Shown: positions 1-12,390 of the stretch, in pieces
Numbering within the stretch: the first letter of the stretch is position 1
Layout of the letters: every line of letters starts with the position of its first letter
Assembly (NCBI RefSeq): GCF_009914755.1
Contig: NC_060928.1
Strand: one strand, 5' to 3'
From: the human T2T-CHM13v2.0 reference genome, Homo sapiens
DNA length: 64,000 bases
Made by a program: the position numbers and the translations under genes
Notes under the pieces: model-generated
Seen by the model: the letters and a program-made list of their open reading frames with translations, nothing else
Databases searched by the model: none
What the model was told of the DNA's origin: nothing

Positions 1-1989
1 CTGAAATGTTTATCTGAATCTCTTTAGAATTAAAGGTTACTTTCTTTCATTTCTCATAATGATGAAAGCTTAAACTCGCCCACGATTCATACTAGAGAAC
101 AGGTTTAGTTTAGATGGCGATGAGAATTTTTTAAAGAGTCAGTTAGGAAACAGAGGTTTTACTGCTAATTTGTAGAAATTTAGCCACCTTAAATAAAAAT
201 AAATAGCTTATGGCAATGTTTATGTAAATCACAATCTTCAATAGAGGCAACAGTAAAATTTTATATTTCTAATATGGTATGATTATAACTGTAATATATT
301 TCTATTTATCTGATTATCCTAGAGTATTTTTGGCAGATTGTTTTAAAAGGGATAACAATGACATACCTGCAAAACTGTAAATATCCATCACTGGTTAGAG
401 AATTAGAAGAATAAATGTCTACCATCTCTTCTCAATCTAATGTATTAATTTTATGAGGGACTCAATTCACTAGAGCACTATGTTAGGGAAACCAATAGTT
501 TTGATGTGAAAAGATAACTATAAGCTATTTATAAGCATGGCAAATAGTTGCCTCACAACCAACCCAATAAGAATAATAAACATTTAGGTTGAGACATAAG
601 CATGAACTAGTTGACTATGATGGATATTGGCTGTTTAGTAGTCATATACAATTAAAGATGAGAAAAAGAAACAGAAGTATATCTTTTCATATTGAAATAT
701 AGGTGTCACATTTTTTAAAAAGTACAATGCTTTTAGGCATATCAGTAAAAAGTGTTCAGAAGCTCTGAAAAATCACCCTAAGAATAGTATTAGGTTTCGT
801 GGACTCATAGAAAAAAATTTATTCCAATAACATCCTTATTTTGCAGATAAGATCAATGAAGTATAGATACATTAAGCAATTTTCCCCAAATGACTGAGCT
901 AATAGAGGGGAGATCAAAATAGAGATTTCCATTTTAGACTAAGGATAGCTTGCCTCATGCCAGGCCCAGTTCATGCAAAGAATGCTTTGAGAACTTGATC
1001 ACAGTGTTGCAGAAAATGCCCAATTATATTGGAACAGTTCTTGGAGGATAAGAAAGTAGATACCTCTTAAAGGTAGCTGGAATTATGGGGCCACTGGAAG
1101 TAGTTCAAGGGCAATTTACAACATTGCTAATAAACTAAGTTTTTAAAAAGTCCCTATATTTTATAAGAACTTTGAAAACAGTAGGCACACCAAAACTTTG
1201 TGTTCCCTGTCTCTGTCTCCCTTTCTTTCCTTACATAGTTATCAACTTGTGGGGAAAAGGGAATAATTTAGAAAACTAGTTCTAGAATTTGACAGTAACC
1301 CAGAGGCCACTACTTACATCGAATCCAATTACACAGAGGAACACTAATTCAAGCTCCTAACTAAAGATACTGTCCAAGCAACATTTCTCCAAGCAGTAAA
1401 CATGCTTCTGTTTGTATTTTACCAGAAGAAAAATAATGAAAAGGCCAAAAAATAGGCTGAGCTGAAAATAGATTTAAAAAAAAAAAACGACTTAGTGCTC
1501 TACTAGTTAAAAATGATAGTTGGAGCAAAGAACCTATACAGGTACAGATCTGTCATAATTAGATTGTGTTAGTAAAATCATAAAGATGGAAAAATAATTC
1601 AAACAGGTACAAAGTAGCAGAGATATATTTAAAACAACTAATTCGGCTTACAAGCAAAGAAATGGCTTGTACATACGAATGAAGTATACTTATTCAACCA
1701 ATAACCATTTACTTAATATTTACATATCTGGTTAATATAAGCATAAAATGTTTTTCTGTCACCAAGCTTACAATCTCATAAGAGGTAAGACTAAAATCAA
1801 CTATGGAGTTTGATTTTAAATAGTAAACCACTAGAACCCCACCACTAATGTTTAAAAGGATTAAGAGGAAGAACTCATCTGAGTGGCAGCAGTGGATTGT
1901 TGTGTAGAATTTATATGGGAAAGAAAGGAAAGAAGAATGGGATGAACACATGCAAAAAGGAGGAGACTTGTATGGATATGATAACAATG

Positions 1990-2950
1990 ATTATATCAGG
2001 GGGAATTCTGCTGTGGAGAAATGAAAAGTTCTCCACAGGAAGGGCATGACTATAGAGGATTAAGATGGAGAAGCTTGGGCTTGATAGAACAGACAGTAGG
2101 GGGGTCATTAAGGTTTCTGAGCAAATTAGAACCATCGAAGCCATGATCATTTATAAAAATTAATCTTGGAGTGATACACAAGATGAATTAGAAGGACCAG
2201 GAGGCACTAGGGAAAGAGTCATTGGTCAAGGAGCTGTTGCTGTATTAGGCATGAAGTAAACAGGATGTGGACTCAGTTAGGAATGGAAAGAACAGGCAAT
2301 CTCAAGAGATACTTTGAAAAAGGAAATAGCAGCCCCTTGGTGAGACAGAATAAGTAAAGGACTAAGAATAGTTTAAAAATGACTCTAAACTTTCTATTCC
2401 CTCAAAATTCAGATTCATGGTATCACTAACAGAAACCGGTCACTTAAAAAAGGGACTCATTTCGTAGGTGGGAAAGGTAACCAGTATAATTGTATTGGTG
2501 GAAGCTGATAAGGCATTCATACATCCATAATGGAAATATTCTTGGACAGCTGGGGGCATACACAGATTATATCTAGAGATGAAAGAATTGAGAGCCATAA
2601 TGTGGAAGAACACAGAGGGAGTGACTGTACCAAGAAAAGATCAGAGACTTGAGGATACCAAAAACTAGGGAATAGACAGACAAATTAGAAACACCAAAAT
2701 AAAGGTGATACGCCAGAGAAGAAAAATGGAAAAAATGAAAGTAGAAGGTCAGAGAGACAAAAAAAAAGTTTCAAAGGAAGGTGGTTTGATATCAATATCA
2801 CAAAAATGTCAGGGGCGATGAGTCCAGTGGACTTGACATAGAAGTTATTGTTGACCTTTGTAAGAGAAGATGCAACAGAATGATGATAGAGGCTAGAATG
2901 CAGGAGTCTAAACATGAAAAGAATGAATAGGAAGCAAAGGTGATAGAAAC
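1990..2950 (-). mobile_element. Degenerate L2 LINE fragment (approximate bounds)
   Basis: Purine-rich diverged stretch resembling the reverse complement of L2 by eye; no TSD or ORF. Confidence 0.4.
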
Positions 2951-3009
2951 AAGCCACATAGTCTATTGCTTACTTAATAAGAAGAAAAGAATTATATGGT
3001 AGCAGTAAT

Positions 3010-3250
3010 AAGAAATACAGAGGGCTTACTATGTACCAGGAACTGTTCTAAGAGTATAATATATATTGTGCCATTTGCTCTTCTCAACAAGGCTATGAGG
3101 CAGATACTGCTACCATCCTCATTCTGTAGATGGGAAAACTGAGGCACAGAGAAGTGAAATAACTTGCCCTAGGTCACACATTTAGTAAACAAGAGAGCTG
3201 AGATTTGAATGCAAGCAGCTCCAGCCCCAGAGGCACAGAGCTCTTGATTG
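3010..3250 (-). mobile_element. MIR SINE
   Basis: MIR core 'gatgggaaaactgaggcacagagaagtgaaataacttgccctaggtcacaca'. Confidence 0.75.
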
Positions 3251-3562
3251 CCTTGCCACATTCCCTCTGCAAGGAAGGAGGCAAAAATTGGCCAAACTAA
3301 CACAAGGTTTATCCCTCATAAGGCTTAACTATATCTGAAGGTGGAAGGGAAAGGAAAGAAATGATTGAAAAATGCTACAAAATAAAGAAGATAAACTGGG
3401 GCACAGAGAAGGGGATGAGTTCTTGAGAACAGGGAGAAGGGGTGCCTTGAGCAGTGGAGTCCTCTGAGGATAGAGGGTGTGGAAGCTCATATTTGCACAC
3501 ATTACATGGGTGCTCCTCAGCATCCTTCTCAGTGTGTGTCAGGGCAGGGACCAGTCACTTGC

Positions 3563-3640
3563 CTGTAAGGCTTCGTGGAGGTTGCCGTTGTAGTCTATGA
3601 TCTCAGTGGCTCCTTGATCCCCTTTTTGACCAGGTGGACC
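3563..3640 (-). CDS. COL25A1: Collagen XXV exon (~24), 78 nt, GPPGQKGDQGATEIIDYNGNLHEALQ; end of COL2 and start of NC3
   Basis: Acceptor tag at 3641-3643; donor CAG|GCAAGT (GC) at 3557-3562; IIDYNGNLHEALQ is the recalled NC3 motif of collagen XXV. Confidence 0.96.
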
Positions 3641-4029
3641 CTATGACAAAACCAATCAAGGGAAAATCATGGGTATTAGCTTAGCATGTAGGGTGGACTG
3701 TGGCAGAAACAGAAATACAACTCACAGCTCTCTCTGAATATCATTTCCCTACTAAGGCCCAACTGTACTTTAGAATATATAAATAATTATGTTCAAAATG
3801 TATCCTTATCTCAAAGGAGGCAAACCACTTCTTATATCCTGTCTTTGGTAGGTTCAATATATGAAATCTGATAAAAAATACGATTTAATTTTTGAAACTA
3901 TTTTCTGAAAATTACAATATAGGCTACTCTGATGTGACATGTAAAATTTTATTTGCTTTATTCATATTTATTAAAGCATCCTCTAACCTTTTGTTCCTCA
4001 TCCATACCTCATACATTGCTTCCTCATTC

Positions 4030-4297
4030 TTTTTTTGAGACGGAGTCTCACTCTGTTGCCCAGGCTGGAATGCAGTAGCGTGATCTCGGCTCACTGCAAC
4101 CTCTGCCTCCTGTGTTCAAGCAATTCTCCTGCCTCAGCCTCCCATGCACCACCATGACCAGCTAGTTTTTGTATTTTTAGTGGAGACAGAGTTTCACCAT
4201 GTTGGGCAGGCTGGCTTTGAACTCCTGACCTCAGGTGATCCACCAGCCTTGGCTCCCAAAGTGCTAGAATTACAGGTGTGAGCCACTGCACCTGGCC
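4030..4297 (-). mobile_element. AluS with ~20-nt internal deletion
   Basis: Antisense Alu consensus; lacks the 'gagtagctgggattacagg' segment; TCATTCTTT on both flanks (TSD). Confidence 0.93.
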
Positions 4298-4833
4298 GTC
4301 ATTCTTTAAAAAGATAGAACATTGTTCTGTAGAAAAATACTTGGCTTTCCCATCAGGAATGAATGCCACAAAAATTAAACAAAATAGGGAACAAACAATA
4401 GAATACATGTATATTTTTAAGACTTCTACCCTGCTTATTAGATCTGCTACTTAATTTCCATTAGTCATGTCATAATTCCCTTTTTTTTTAAAAAAAGACA
4501 CTGAACATATGGGTTATTGCTTTCTTTATAATTGAGTTCATTGAAAAGTGGAAAATTCCATTAGCTGGATGGGAACAGAGGGAAAGTAGACAGGGGGAGT
4601 TCTTTAGGCCTTCTCAAAGAAGCTTAGTTTATGTGTTGGAATCCCTACATGCACTGCTCCTGGTGAGGAAAATAAAGGAGGTAGGGGTGTTTCAGGAATA
4701 ATTACAGTAGTCTACCTCCAATACTATTATTAAGTATTATTAATACAGATGTCATATGAATAGCCATGCAGACATGAATTCAAATCTGGGATTGTAGGGA
4801 GCAAAAGTTTAGATGGATGAGAGGAACACTCAC

Positions 4834-4878
4834 CCTTGGTCCCTGAGCTCCAGAGTCCCCTTTTTCTCCACGATCCCC
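4834..4878 (-). CDS. COL25A1: Collagen XXV exon (~23), 45 nt, GDRGEKGDSGAQGPR
   Basis: Gly-X-Y x5; acceptor aag; donor AGG|GTGAGT. Confidence 0.93.
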
Positions 4879-6407
4879 CTTTTCCCGTTGGAAAGAGAAA
4901 AAACTTAATCAGAAGTGGGGGAATCTAGAAATCTCGTGTAAGAACATGTTTATGCCATACAGAAGCACCTTTAATATGAACTTCTGAAGTGAAAAACAAT
5001 AGCAACCACCACCAAAATAGCAAATGCTTTTTTAAGATGCAGCTTGAAAAGAACTAAAATTCCTTTTTTTAAAAAACTCCCTTTTCAGGTAATAGAGTAT
5101 CTTGAAACAACAATATATATGGTAACTGTCTCACTAGGTAGGATCTGCAAAGGCAAAGCAAGTGGTTTCTATGGCACCCAAAGTAAGCTTTTACCTTGCA
5201 AATTGAGCCATTTTCTTCCTTTTTATGAAGAGATTTGGGGCAAAGGGAAAAAGAGCCAACAATTGTTTTTCCTCTGAGAAGAAAAGTGTAGATAGTTGGG
5301 ACAGGAAAGGAGTAGAGAGCTCATTCTAGGGAGAATTAGGAAAGGAAGGTCACAGGCTAGGCCTCCCTCTGATGATGGGGATCTAAGGAAAAGTTCATCT
5401 GTAGGTATAGGCATTTTAACACTCAGTGCTGAAGTGGACAGCAGCCAGCTGGAACAGGTTGGCAGCGCTGAAGGTCAGGGGCAGGGCAAACCCAGCTCTC
5501 TCTCTTTTTTCAATGCAATAGGAAATTTATCTGAAGTTTCATTGATGGTGGCATTACCTCAACTGTAGAGCAGCAGGAATAGTCCAAGCCCTCAAAATTC
5601 TTAGAAATGTAAACTGAAACTTTGGAGAAGAGATTCGAACCTGTGTAGATTTAAAGGTTCTTTAAAACAGCCTTAAATTGATAGGGTTCTTTTTCTGTAT
5701 GGACTTCAAAGCATTTTTATATGTCTTTCTACAGATTCCTATAAACTGGGTAAGGATGAATAAAGATAAGCAGGAAAAAGGATTATAATTCTTCCCATCC
5801 ACAGTATGCCAATAACATTGATCATAATAAATTTGCTATGAATGAAGCATTAATAATCTTTGCTCTCTGTTTTCTTCATCTTGCACACATTTTTTTCCAC
5901 ATTAGTAGCTAACAGCATTTTAAATAATATGATTCTGCTGACAGTATATATGTTATTGCAGATAGTATAAAGAGTATGATATAGAGGAGAATTTCAATTG
6001 GCAGTAGAATTTTAATGCAACGAAGGGAGTCAACTAAAAAGCAGAGTATAATTCGAGCATTTATCACAAAGACAGCGAGGAAATGAAAAATTAGATTATA
6101 CAATACACAATTTAAGGAAAGTTCTTAATTTTTTTCAAAGAAGCTATTCCTATGAAATAGGAAATACAACTTCTCTTAAAGAATTTTCTGAAGCACTAGA
6201 CTATTCAAAAACAAGCAAGATGAAACAAACGTATTGTTTTGAGATATCATCATAGGGATACTGCAATCCCTTTTGCAATAAGTATTGCAGTTCCACTGTG
6301 TGAAAGAGTTTAATCTAAAACATGAAAAACATGCCTCTGTGGCAAAGGCAAAAAGCACAGATCTTGAAGGCCTCATGTTATATTTAAATGGTTATCTGGT
6401 TACTGAC

Positions 6408-6452
6408 CTTTGACCCCTTTGGGCCTCTAGTTCCTGATTCACCTTGTTTCCC
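6408..6452 (-). CDS. COL25A1: Collagen XXV exon (~22), 45 nt, GKQGESGTRGPKGSK
   Basis: Gly-X-Y x5; acceptor tag; donor AAG|GTCAGT. Confidence 0.95.
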
Positions 6453-7225
6453 CTATTACAGCAGAATAAGAGGATGAAAAAGATAAAATTATAGAAGAGA
6501 TAAGAACAGAAAAATAGAAATTAGCAGTGACTCAGAATAATGAAGAAAAATGGAAACACTTTATTTTAACTGCCTCAATATATGGCTCTACAGAATGTCG
6601 GTTATTATAATACTAAACATAAGTATCATCACCATATCATCAATTCATTCCATTATTATTTTGAAGGCTGCCCTCCCATCAGTGGATGAGAAGAGTTCTG
6701 TGAATAATTCTCATTAGTCTCAACAGTGTTTGGCTGCATCAATTTCCTTTTCATCAGTGAGTAAATAGTTTCCTGTGTCTCTAGGATGGGCTATTAAAAT
6801 AAAGTGTGACCACATTAGTTTGCAGAAAGTTTAAATGAATAAGGTCAAACAGACAAATAAGTCCTTAGCTCTAATATTTTCAAGGTGTTACACTCCATTA
6901 AGTTACCATAGAAACTAACACAGCACTTATCAACAGGGATTTTTTTTCAGTAAGTTTTAATACACATTGAGTGATAATGTGTTAATATGACAGCACTTCT
7001 TTTACATTTGGATATGCTATCAATTTGCTCACTGAACAGAACAGAGTTAACAGGGTGAGGTGAATTGTAAAATCTCTTTTGAAAAGAACCAGTTGGTGTG
7101 CATTTCAACAAACTATTTGTGATTTGGGCTGTTTTAATACCTGTTAAGAATGTTGTTTTAGTTTTTTGTGTTCTAAATCAAATCAAGCCAGAGAATGGTT
7201 ATTTTCCAGTTTAAGAATAACTCAC

Positions 7226-7294
7226 CTTTGGTCCGGGGGCTCCAGGTTCCCCTCGCTCACCTCTTCCAGGAGGCCCTGCTTCCCCCCGTTCACC
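7226..7294 (-). CDS. COL25A1: Collagen XXV exon (~21), 69 nt, GERGEAGPPGRGERGEPGAPGPK
   Basis: Gly-X-Y with one G-R-G interruption; acceptor cag; donor AAG|GTGAGT. Confidence 0.95.
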
Positions 7295-7472
7295 CTGTCA
7301 CAAATTGCAAAACAGGTAAATGGTCATTCCCCCCACCCAGGCTGGTCCCTGTAGATTAATAAATGAGTTGAAGGAAACCAAAGAAAGCAGAGAGTTTTCA
7401 TTGATTTACCCTGTACCCAGCACTTTATTAATCTCTTAACATGAATTATCTCATTTTATAATCAAAACAATT

Positions 7473-8026
7473 TGTGATGGTTAATTTTAGGTGTCAACTT
7501 GACTGGATTAAGGGACACATAGAAAGATAATAAAGCACTGCTTCTGGGTTGTCTGTGAAGGTGTTAATGGAGGAGATTGGCAGGTGAGTCTGTTGACTGA
7601 GTACGGAAGATCTACTTTCAACGTGAGGGGGCACCATCAAATCTGCTGGGGGCCCAGATAGAAGAGGAAAGGCAAACTCTCTCTTCCGCAGCTGAGAGCC
7701 CTTCCTCTCAGTCCTTGGACATCAGAACTCCAGGTTCTCTGGCCTTTGGATTTTGGGACTTGTACCAGTGCCCCTCAGGCTCTTATGCCTTCAGCCTCAG
7801 ACTGAAAGTTACACCATCTGCCTCCCTGGACCTGAGGCCTTCAGACTTGGACCGAGCCATGCTACCGTCAACCCAGGGTCTCCTCCAGCTTGCAGATAGC
7901 CTGTTGTGGGACTTCTCAGCCTCTATAATTGTATGAGCCAATTCCCCTCATAAATCCCCACTCATCTATCTATCTCCCTATATATATCCTATTGGTTCTG
8001 TCTCTCTGGAGAAACTTGACTAATAT
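7473..8026 (+). mobile_element. MLT2-family (ERVL) solo LTR
   Basis: Starts 'tgtgatggttaattttaggtgtcaacttgactggattaag' and ends 'ctctggagaaacttgactaata', both typical MLT2 termini. Confidence 0.85.
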
Positions 8027-8221
8027 GCAATTATCCAATGTTTGTATTATCATCTCCATTTTACAGATAAGGAAATGGTTTGGTAAATGCCTGTCAAATA
8101 GCTATGTTGGTAAATAGAAAGACCTTTAAAGGGAATTGATAAAGGCCATCATTATACCTCAAGATAGGAATGAATATCCATTTTCATTCTGCAGTCACTT
8201 TTTAAGCACTGCTGGCAAGAA

Positions 8222-8400
8222 GCATGGCAAAGTGGTTAAGTTCCTGGCTCTGTAATCTAGCATCTTAGGTTTTACTCCTGGCTCTGCTATTTACCAATTC
8301 TGTGTTCTAGGGTAAGTTAGTTAGGTTTTGTACATCTCAGTTTCCTCAGTAAAATGGACAAAGTTATAGTACTCATCTCATAGTTTATGAATGTAAAAGT
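8222..8400 (+). mobile_element. MIR SINE
   Basis: 'agtggttaag...ctcagtttcctcagtaaaatgg'. Confidence 0.65.
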
Positions 8401-8689
8401 GTTCGGGTTTTACAGTTTTTTAATATATTCATATCTCTATGAAGTATAAATATGGCTACTGTCCTCAAGGAGCTAGTGATCTAGTTAGGCAGACAAGAGC
8501 CACAGAACCAAAATAGTTAAGGATTAAGGAGTAATGTAAGGCCCTATGTGACAGAAGGGGAATCCCTGTTGGTATCTATTATTGTGGATTGGATCCCTGG
8601 AGGTGAGACTTGAGTCGTGTCCTGAAGGATGAGTAGGGTTTATTTCATAATTATTGCTGTTAATGACTGTAGCATGGATGAGTGCAGAA

Positions 8690-8830
8690 ACTGCACAAAA
8701 CACTTTACATGTATTATCCTATTTAATCCTCAGGACAAATGAGAAAAGTTTTATTATCCATATTCTACAGATGAGGAAGCCAAAGTTTGGAGAGGTTAAG
8801 TAACTTGCTCAAAGTGACAAAGCTTTTAAA
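8690..8830 (-). mobile_element. MIR SINE
   Basis: 'tacagatgaggaagccaaag...gaggttaagtaacttgctcaaagtgaca'. Confidence 0.65.
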
Positions 8831-9681
8831 GTGGGTAAAACTGATGGTACTCGATCTTCAACTTTTGCATAAATGTTTCAAATGTAAATCTTTTGCACAT
8901 CGTTGATCATTTTCTCAGGATAAATTCCTAGTTGGAAAATTGCTAGGTCAAAAAAGTATGAATATTTTTAAAAACTTGCTAAATTGCCCTCCAGGAAGAT
9001 GGTACCTTTTAATACTCCCTAAACACAGAGTAAAGAGTGTCTGGCTTCTTGCATAAGGGGTAGAATTTCAATCATCAAACATTTAGAATTCAGACTGTTG
9101 ATGACATATTTATGGTTGAAAGAGGTGCTCTCCTCACTGAAGGAAATACTTCATCTTGGAAAAGATAAGAAAATAGAATTAGATCTATGGTGGGTCATGT
9201 AGGGCTTGAAATTCCAAGATTCTTATCTGTATCATGCCCACTTTGGGAAGCCTTTGTGGTTTTATAGGGGAGGTGGGATAGGTTAGTCAAGGGTTAAGAA
9301 AGACAGGAGGCAAGTGTTAAAGACTCAGGTTTCTTAACAGCACTGAAGAGGTTGTGAAAATGGAGAGGTTGGGAGAAAGACAAGGGACTTCTCTAGATAC
9401 AGGAGATAGACACAATGGCCCAGAAATGAAAAGAGTTTTTGCTTTTTGTCATCCCCCACCCCATTACCCTGTTGAGTGAGACTAAGGAGCTTCTATTGGT
9501 ATATAAAAATTATTAAAAAACTGTAAAGTATTTGGTGTTTCTTTTAATGTTTTACTTTAAGAATTACAGAATTCTAAAACAGTCCACTATGAAAAACAAA
9601 AACCCTTAAAAATAATTTATCTGTAGTTCACCACAAGAGTGAAGTCAATACATCTTTACTTTTTAACATTTATATATTTTT

Positions 9682-9839
9682 AGAGAGGGGACCTTGCTAT
9701 GTTGCCTAGGCTGGTGTACAGTGGCTATTCACAGGCACTATCATAGCACACTATAGCCTCAAACTCCTGGACTCAAGTAGTCCTCTGGCCTCAGCCTCCT
9801 GAGTAGGTAGGATGACAGGTGTGCACCACCACACTCAGC
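9682..9839 (-). mobile_element. FAM (fossil Alu monomer, 7SL-derived)
   Basis: Monomer retaining the 7SL-like 'gtggctattcacaggc' segment that dimeric Alus lack. Confidence 0.8.
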
Positions 9840-10093
9840 TAGAATCACTTTTTATTATGTCTCTTATTAGTTCCCTATCACTCTCTGAAATTATATTATT
9901 TGTCTACTTCTTTCCCTCCTTCCATCTCTTCCTTGTCCACACTACAATGTAAGCTTCAGGAGAATAGAAACTGTTGCTGTTGCATTTACTTCCCATGCTT
10001 AAATGCAGAAAAATATTTGATCAAAACATTGGTGAATTAATGAATAAACAGTATTAGTAAAAGTATTCTAAAATATTCTGACTATAGTCCCAT

Positions 10094-10398
10094 TTCTTTT
10101 CTTTCTTTTTTTTTTTTTTTGAGGTCTCACTCTGTCACCCAGGCTGGAGAGCAGTGTTGTGATCTCGGCTCACTGCAACCTCTGCCTCCTGGGCTCGGGT
10201 GATCCTTCCACCTCAGCCTCCTAAGTAGCTGGGACTACAGGCATGCGCCGCCATGCCCAGATGATTTTTGTATTTTTAGTGGAGATGGGGTCTCATCATG
10301 TTGCCCAGGCTGATCTCAAACTCCTGGGCTCAAGCAATCTGCCTGCCTCAGCCTCCCAAAGTGCTGGGATTACAGGCGTAAGCCACCATGCCCAGGCC
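10094..10398 (-). mobile_element. AluJ
   Basis: T tail plus antisense dimeric Alu with J-type 'ctcctgggctcaagcaatc'. Confidence 0.93.
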
Positions 10399-11129
10399 CC
10401 TCCCCCTATTTCCTTAGCCTGATAGAGGTCCCTCTCAGGCACTAATGTAGGTATAAAAGATGCAGCATGTTTTGATGCCATTGTACATCTTCCTTCATTA
10501 TGATCTCTCCTCACTGTGTTGGGAATAAGAAATATAGTCTTAGTTACTTTTTAAATCTGAATTTAGTGGTACAAATCCAGACTGTCTACACAAGTGGAAG
10601 AATGGTGTTCAGCTGAAAGAGATTTTTAAAATAACCATGACTTTCCCATGATGACACTGAACCAACCATAACATTGATACTTAACATATGTGGATTCAAC
10701 ACAAATTAGATATTTCAAATAATACCGATGATGTGTGTATATGTGTGCACATGCATGTTGCTGTTCTAACAGCTGAGTTAAGGTAGGTAATTCAGCTGAC
10801 AATTAACCTCAAAGTAATGTTAGTAAAATGAATTTCCTATCCATATCCCTTCTGTGGAAATACAAAATAGGTAGAATACATTCTTTAGTTTTACTCAGGG
10901 TTCAGAGTAGTATCTGTTATATGAGTACCTGGTCTATAAAATCATGCTGGGTTCTTCATAACAGTAATTAATGTGGATTTTATGCCTCTACATCTGGAAA
11001 TTTTTCTGAAACTGCAGAATAGTTTAAAATCAGGAAACTAAAGAAAAGATATTTAGGAATGAACTTCACTCTCTACTGCTTGTGTTTTTTCTATTTTCCC
11101 TTGCACAGCACACAAAATGCCACACACAC

Positions 11130-11246
11130 TTTTAGATCCAGTTCACGCCTGGCTTTCTCCTTCATTGACCAGGCCGCCCTTTCTTTGTGTATCATGCCCA
11201 TCTGCGAGGCTGACTTCTTTCCTGCCCTGGGTCCGAGGCTGCAAGC
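11130..11246 (-). other. Candidate 117-nt in-frame cassette exon (ACSLGPRAGKKSASQMGMIHKERAAWSMKEKARRELDLK); unproven
   Basis: ttgcatttattcag| acceptor; 39 sense codons in phase 0; AAA|GTGTGT donor; 64/117 GC and 4 CpG in an AT-rich intron. Confidence 0.4.
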
Positions 11247-12390
11247 CTGAATAAATGCAACCGTTCTTGTATTAACAGGGAATGCTCATTATTTTCTTGC
11301 TCTCACTCTCTCTTTTTATTCCAGAAAGACATTTCTTGTGTGAATCTGCTCAGGCTAAAACAGGCATTCCTCATATTTTGTTAATAAGCCTGACAGCTCA
11401 TTATGTGAAGAAATTTCTTGAGAAAACAATTTTGCATAATCCGATGGAGTTTCAGTCCCCCCTAGGACACACATAGTTTCCATTTACTAGGTTTAGAGTT
11501 ATTTTCACTTGACCAGCAGAAATGAGGGCCCTTCTGTCAGAACAGACCATGAACATATTTCTGTAACTCTTGGAAATCATCCCTGGCTTATTTCTGTTGA
11601 ATGCAGTACACATTGAGGCAAAGCCTGCTATGGTTTAAAAATAAAAGAATGTAGTTTGATGTAATTTTGCCCCTTCTTTGATTCATGAGTCTGTCATGAG
11701 TAAAGTTCCATCATCAGAGCTGTACTTTTTATGTCTTTCAGGGTAGATAAAAAGAGAACTCTGGGTCTGACTGTATTCATAGCAGCATATATATATATTT
11801 TTTTGCATGGCAGTATATATAGATTTTGCTTTTAGAGCCCTCCCTAGGTTTGCCAAGTAGAAGATCATGAGATGGTTTTCATTATAGAATATTTTTGCAG
11901 ACGTTATTCAGAGTAGATCCTTTTGGGATGAGGCACTTAGGAATCTATATGACATCAGTACTTGCCTTTGAAATCTGGGGAGTAATGGGAATAGTAATAA
12001 CCTTTGATTTACAAGTATATCCTGAAATTGGTGATGAGGAGCAGGAGTTAATGAGTTCTATCTCTCCTCCTCAGAATTTCTCTACTTTTCCATATGGCCA
12101 GGAAGCTAATAGCATCCCATCAATTTAGGAGCAATTTGGGGTACAAGTGGAACAACTGAAATATTTCACCATCCTGTTGTCTTGCCTAAGGCTTTCTAGA
12201 TTAACTTTCCACTACTCAATATTGAACACAGTGGTGCCATTAGAAGTGTTAGTAATGGGTAGATTAAGCTGCTTTCATTCTCTATTAGGCAAAAATATAT
12301 GGTCACCTAAATTACCAAGTTGTCCCACATTTCTTTCAACATAGTGGACTAAAAATATATGACAAAGATTTCAGAAAGAAGAAATCAAGC

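Noticed and set aside
1-3556. Next COL25A1 exon (recalled RITTLTVT)
   Set aside because: Not found in this interval; presumably beyond the window edge. The donor-like GTAAGT near 1312 has no open exon upstream
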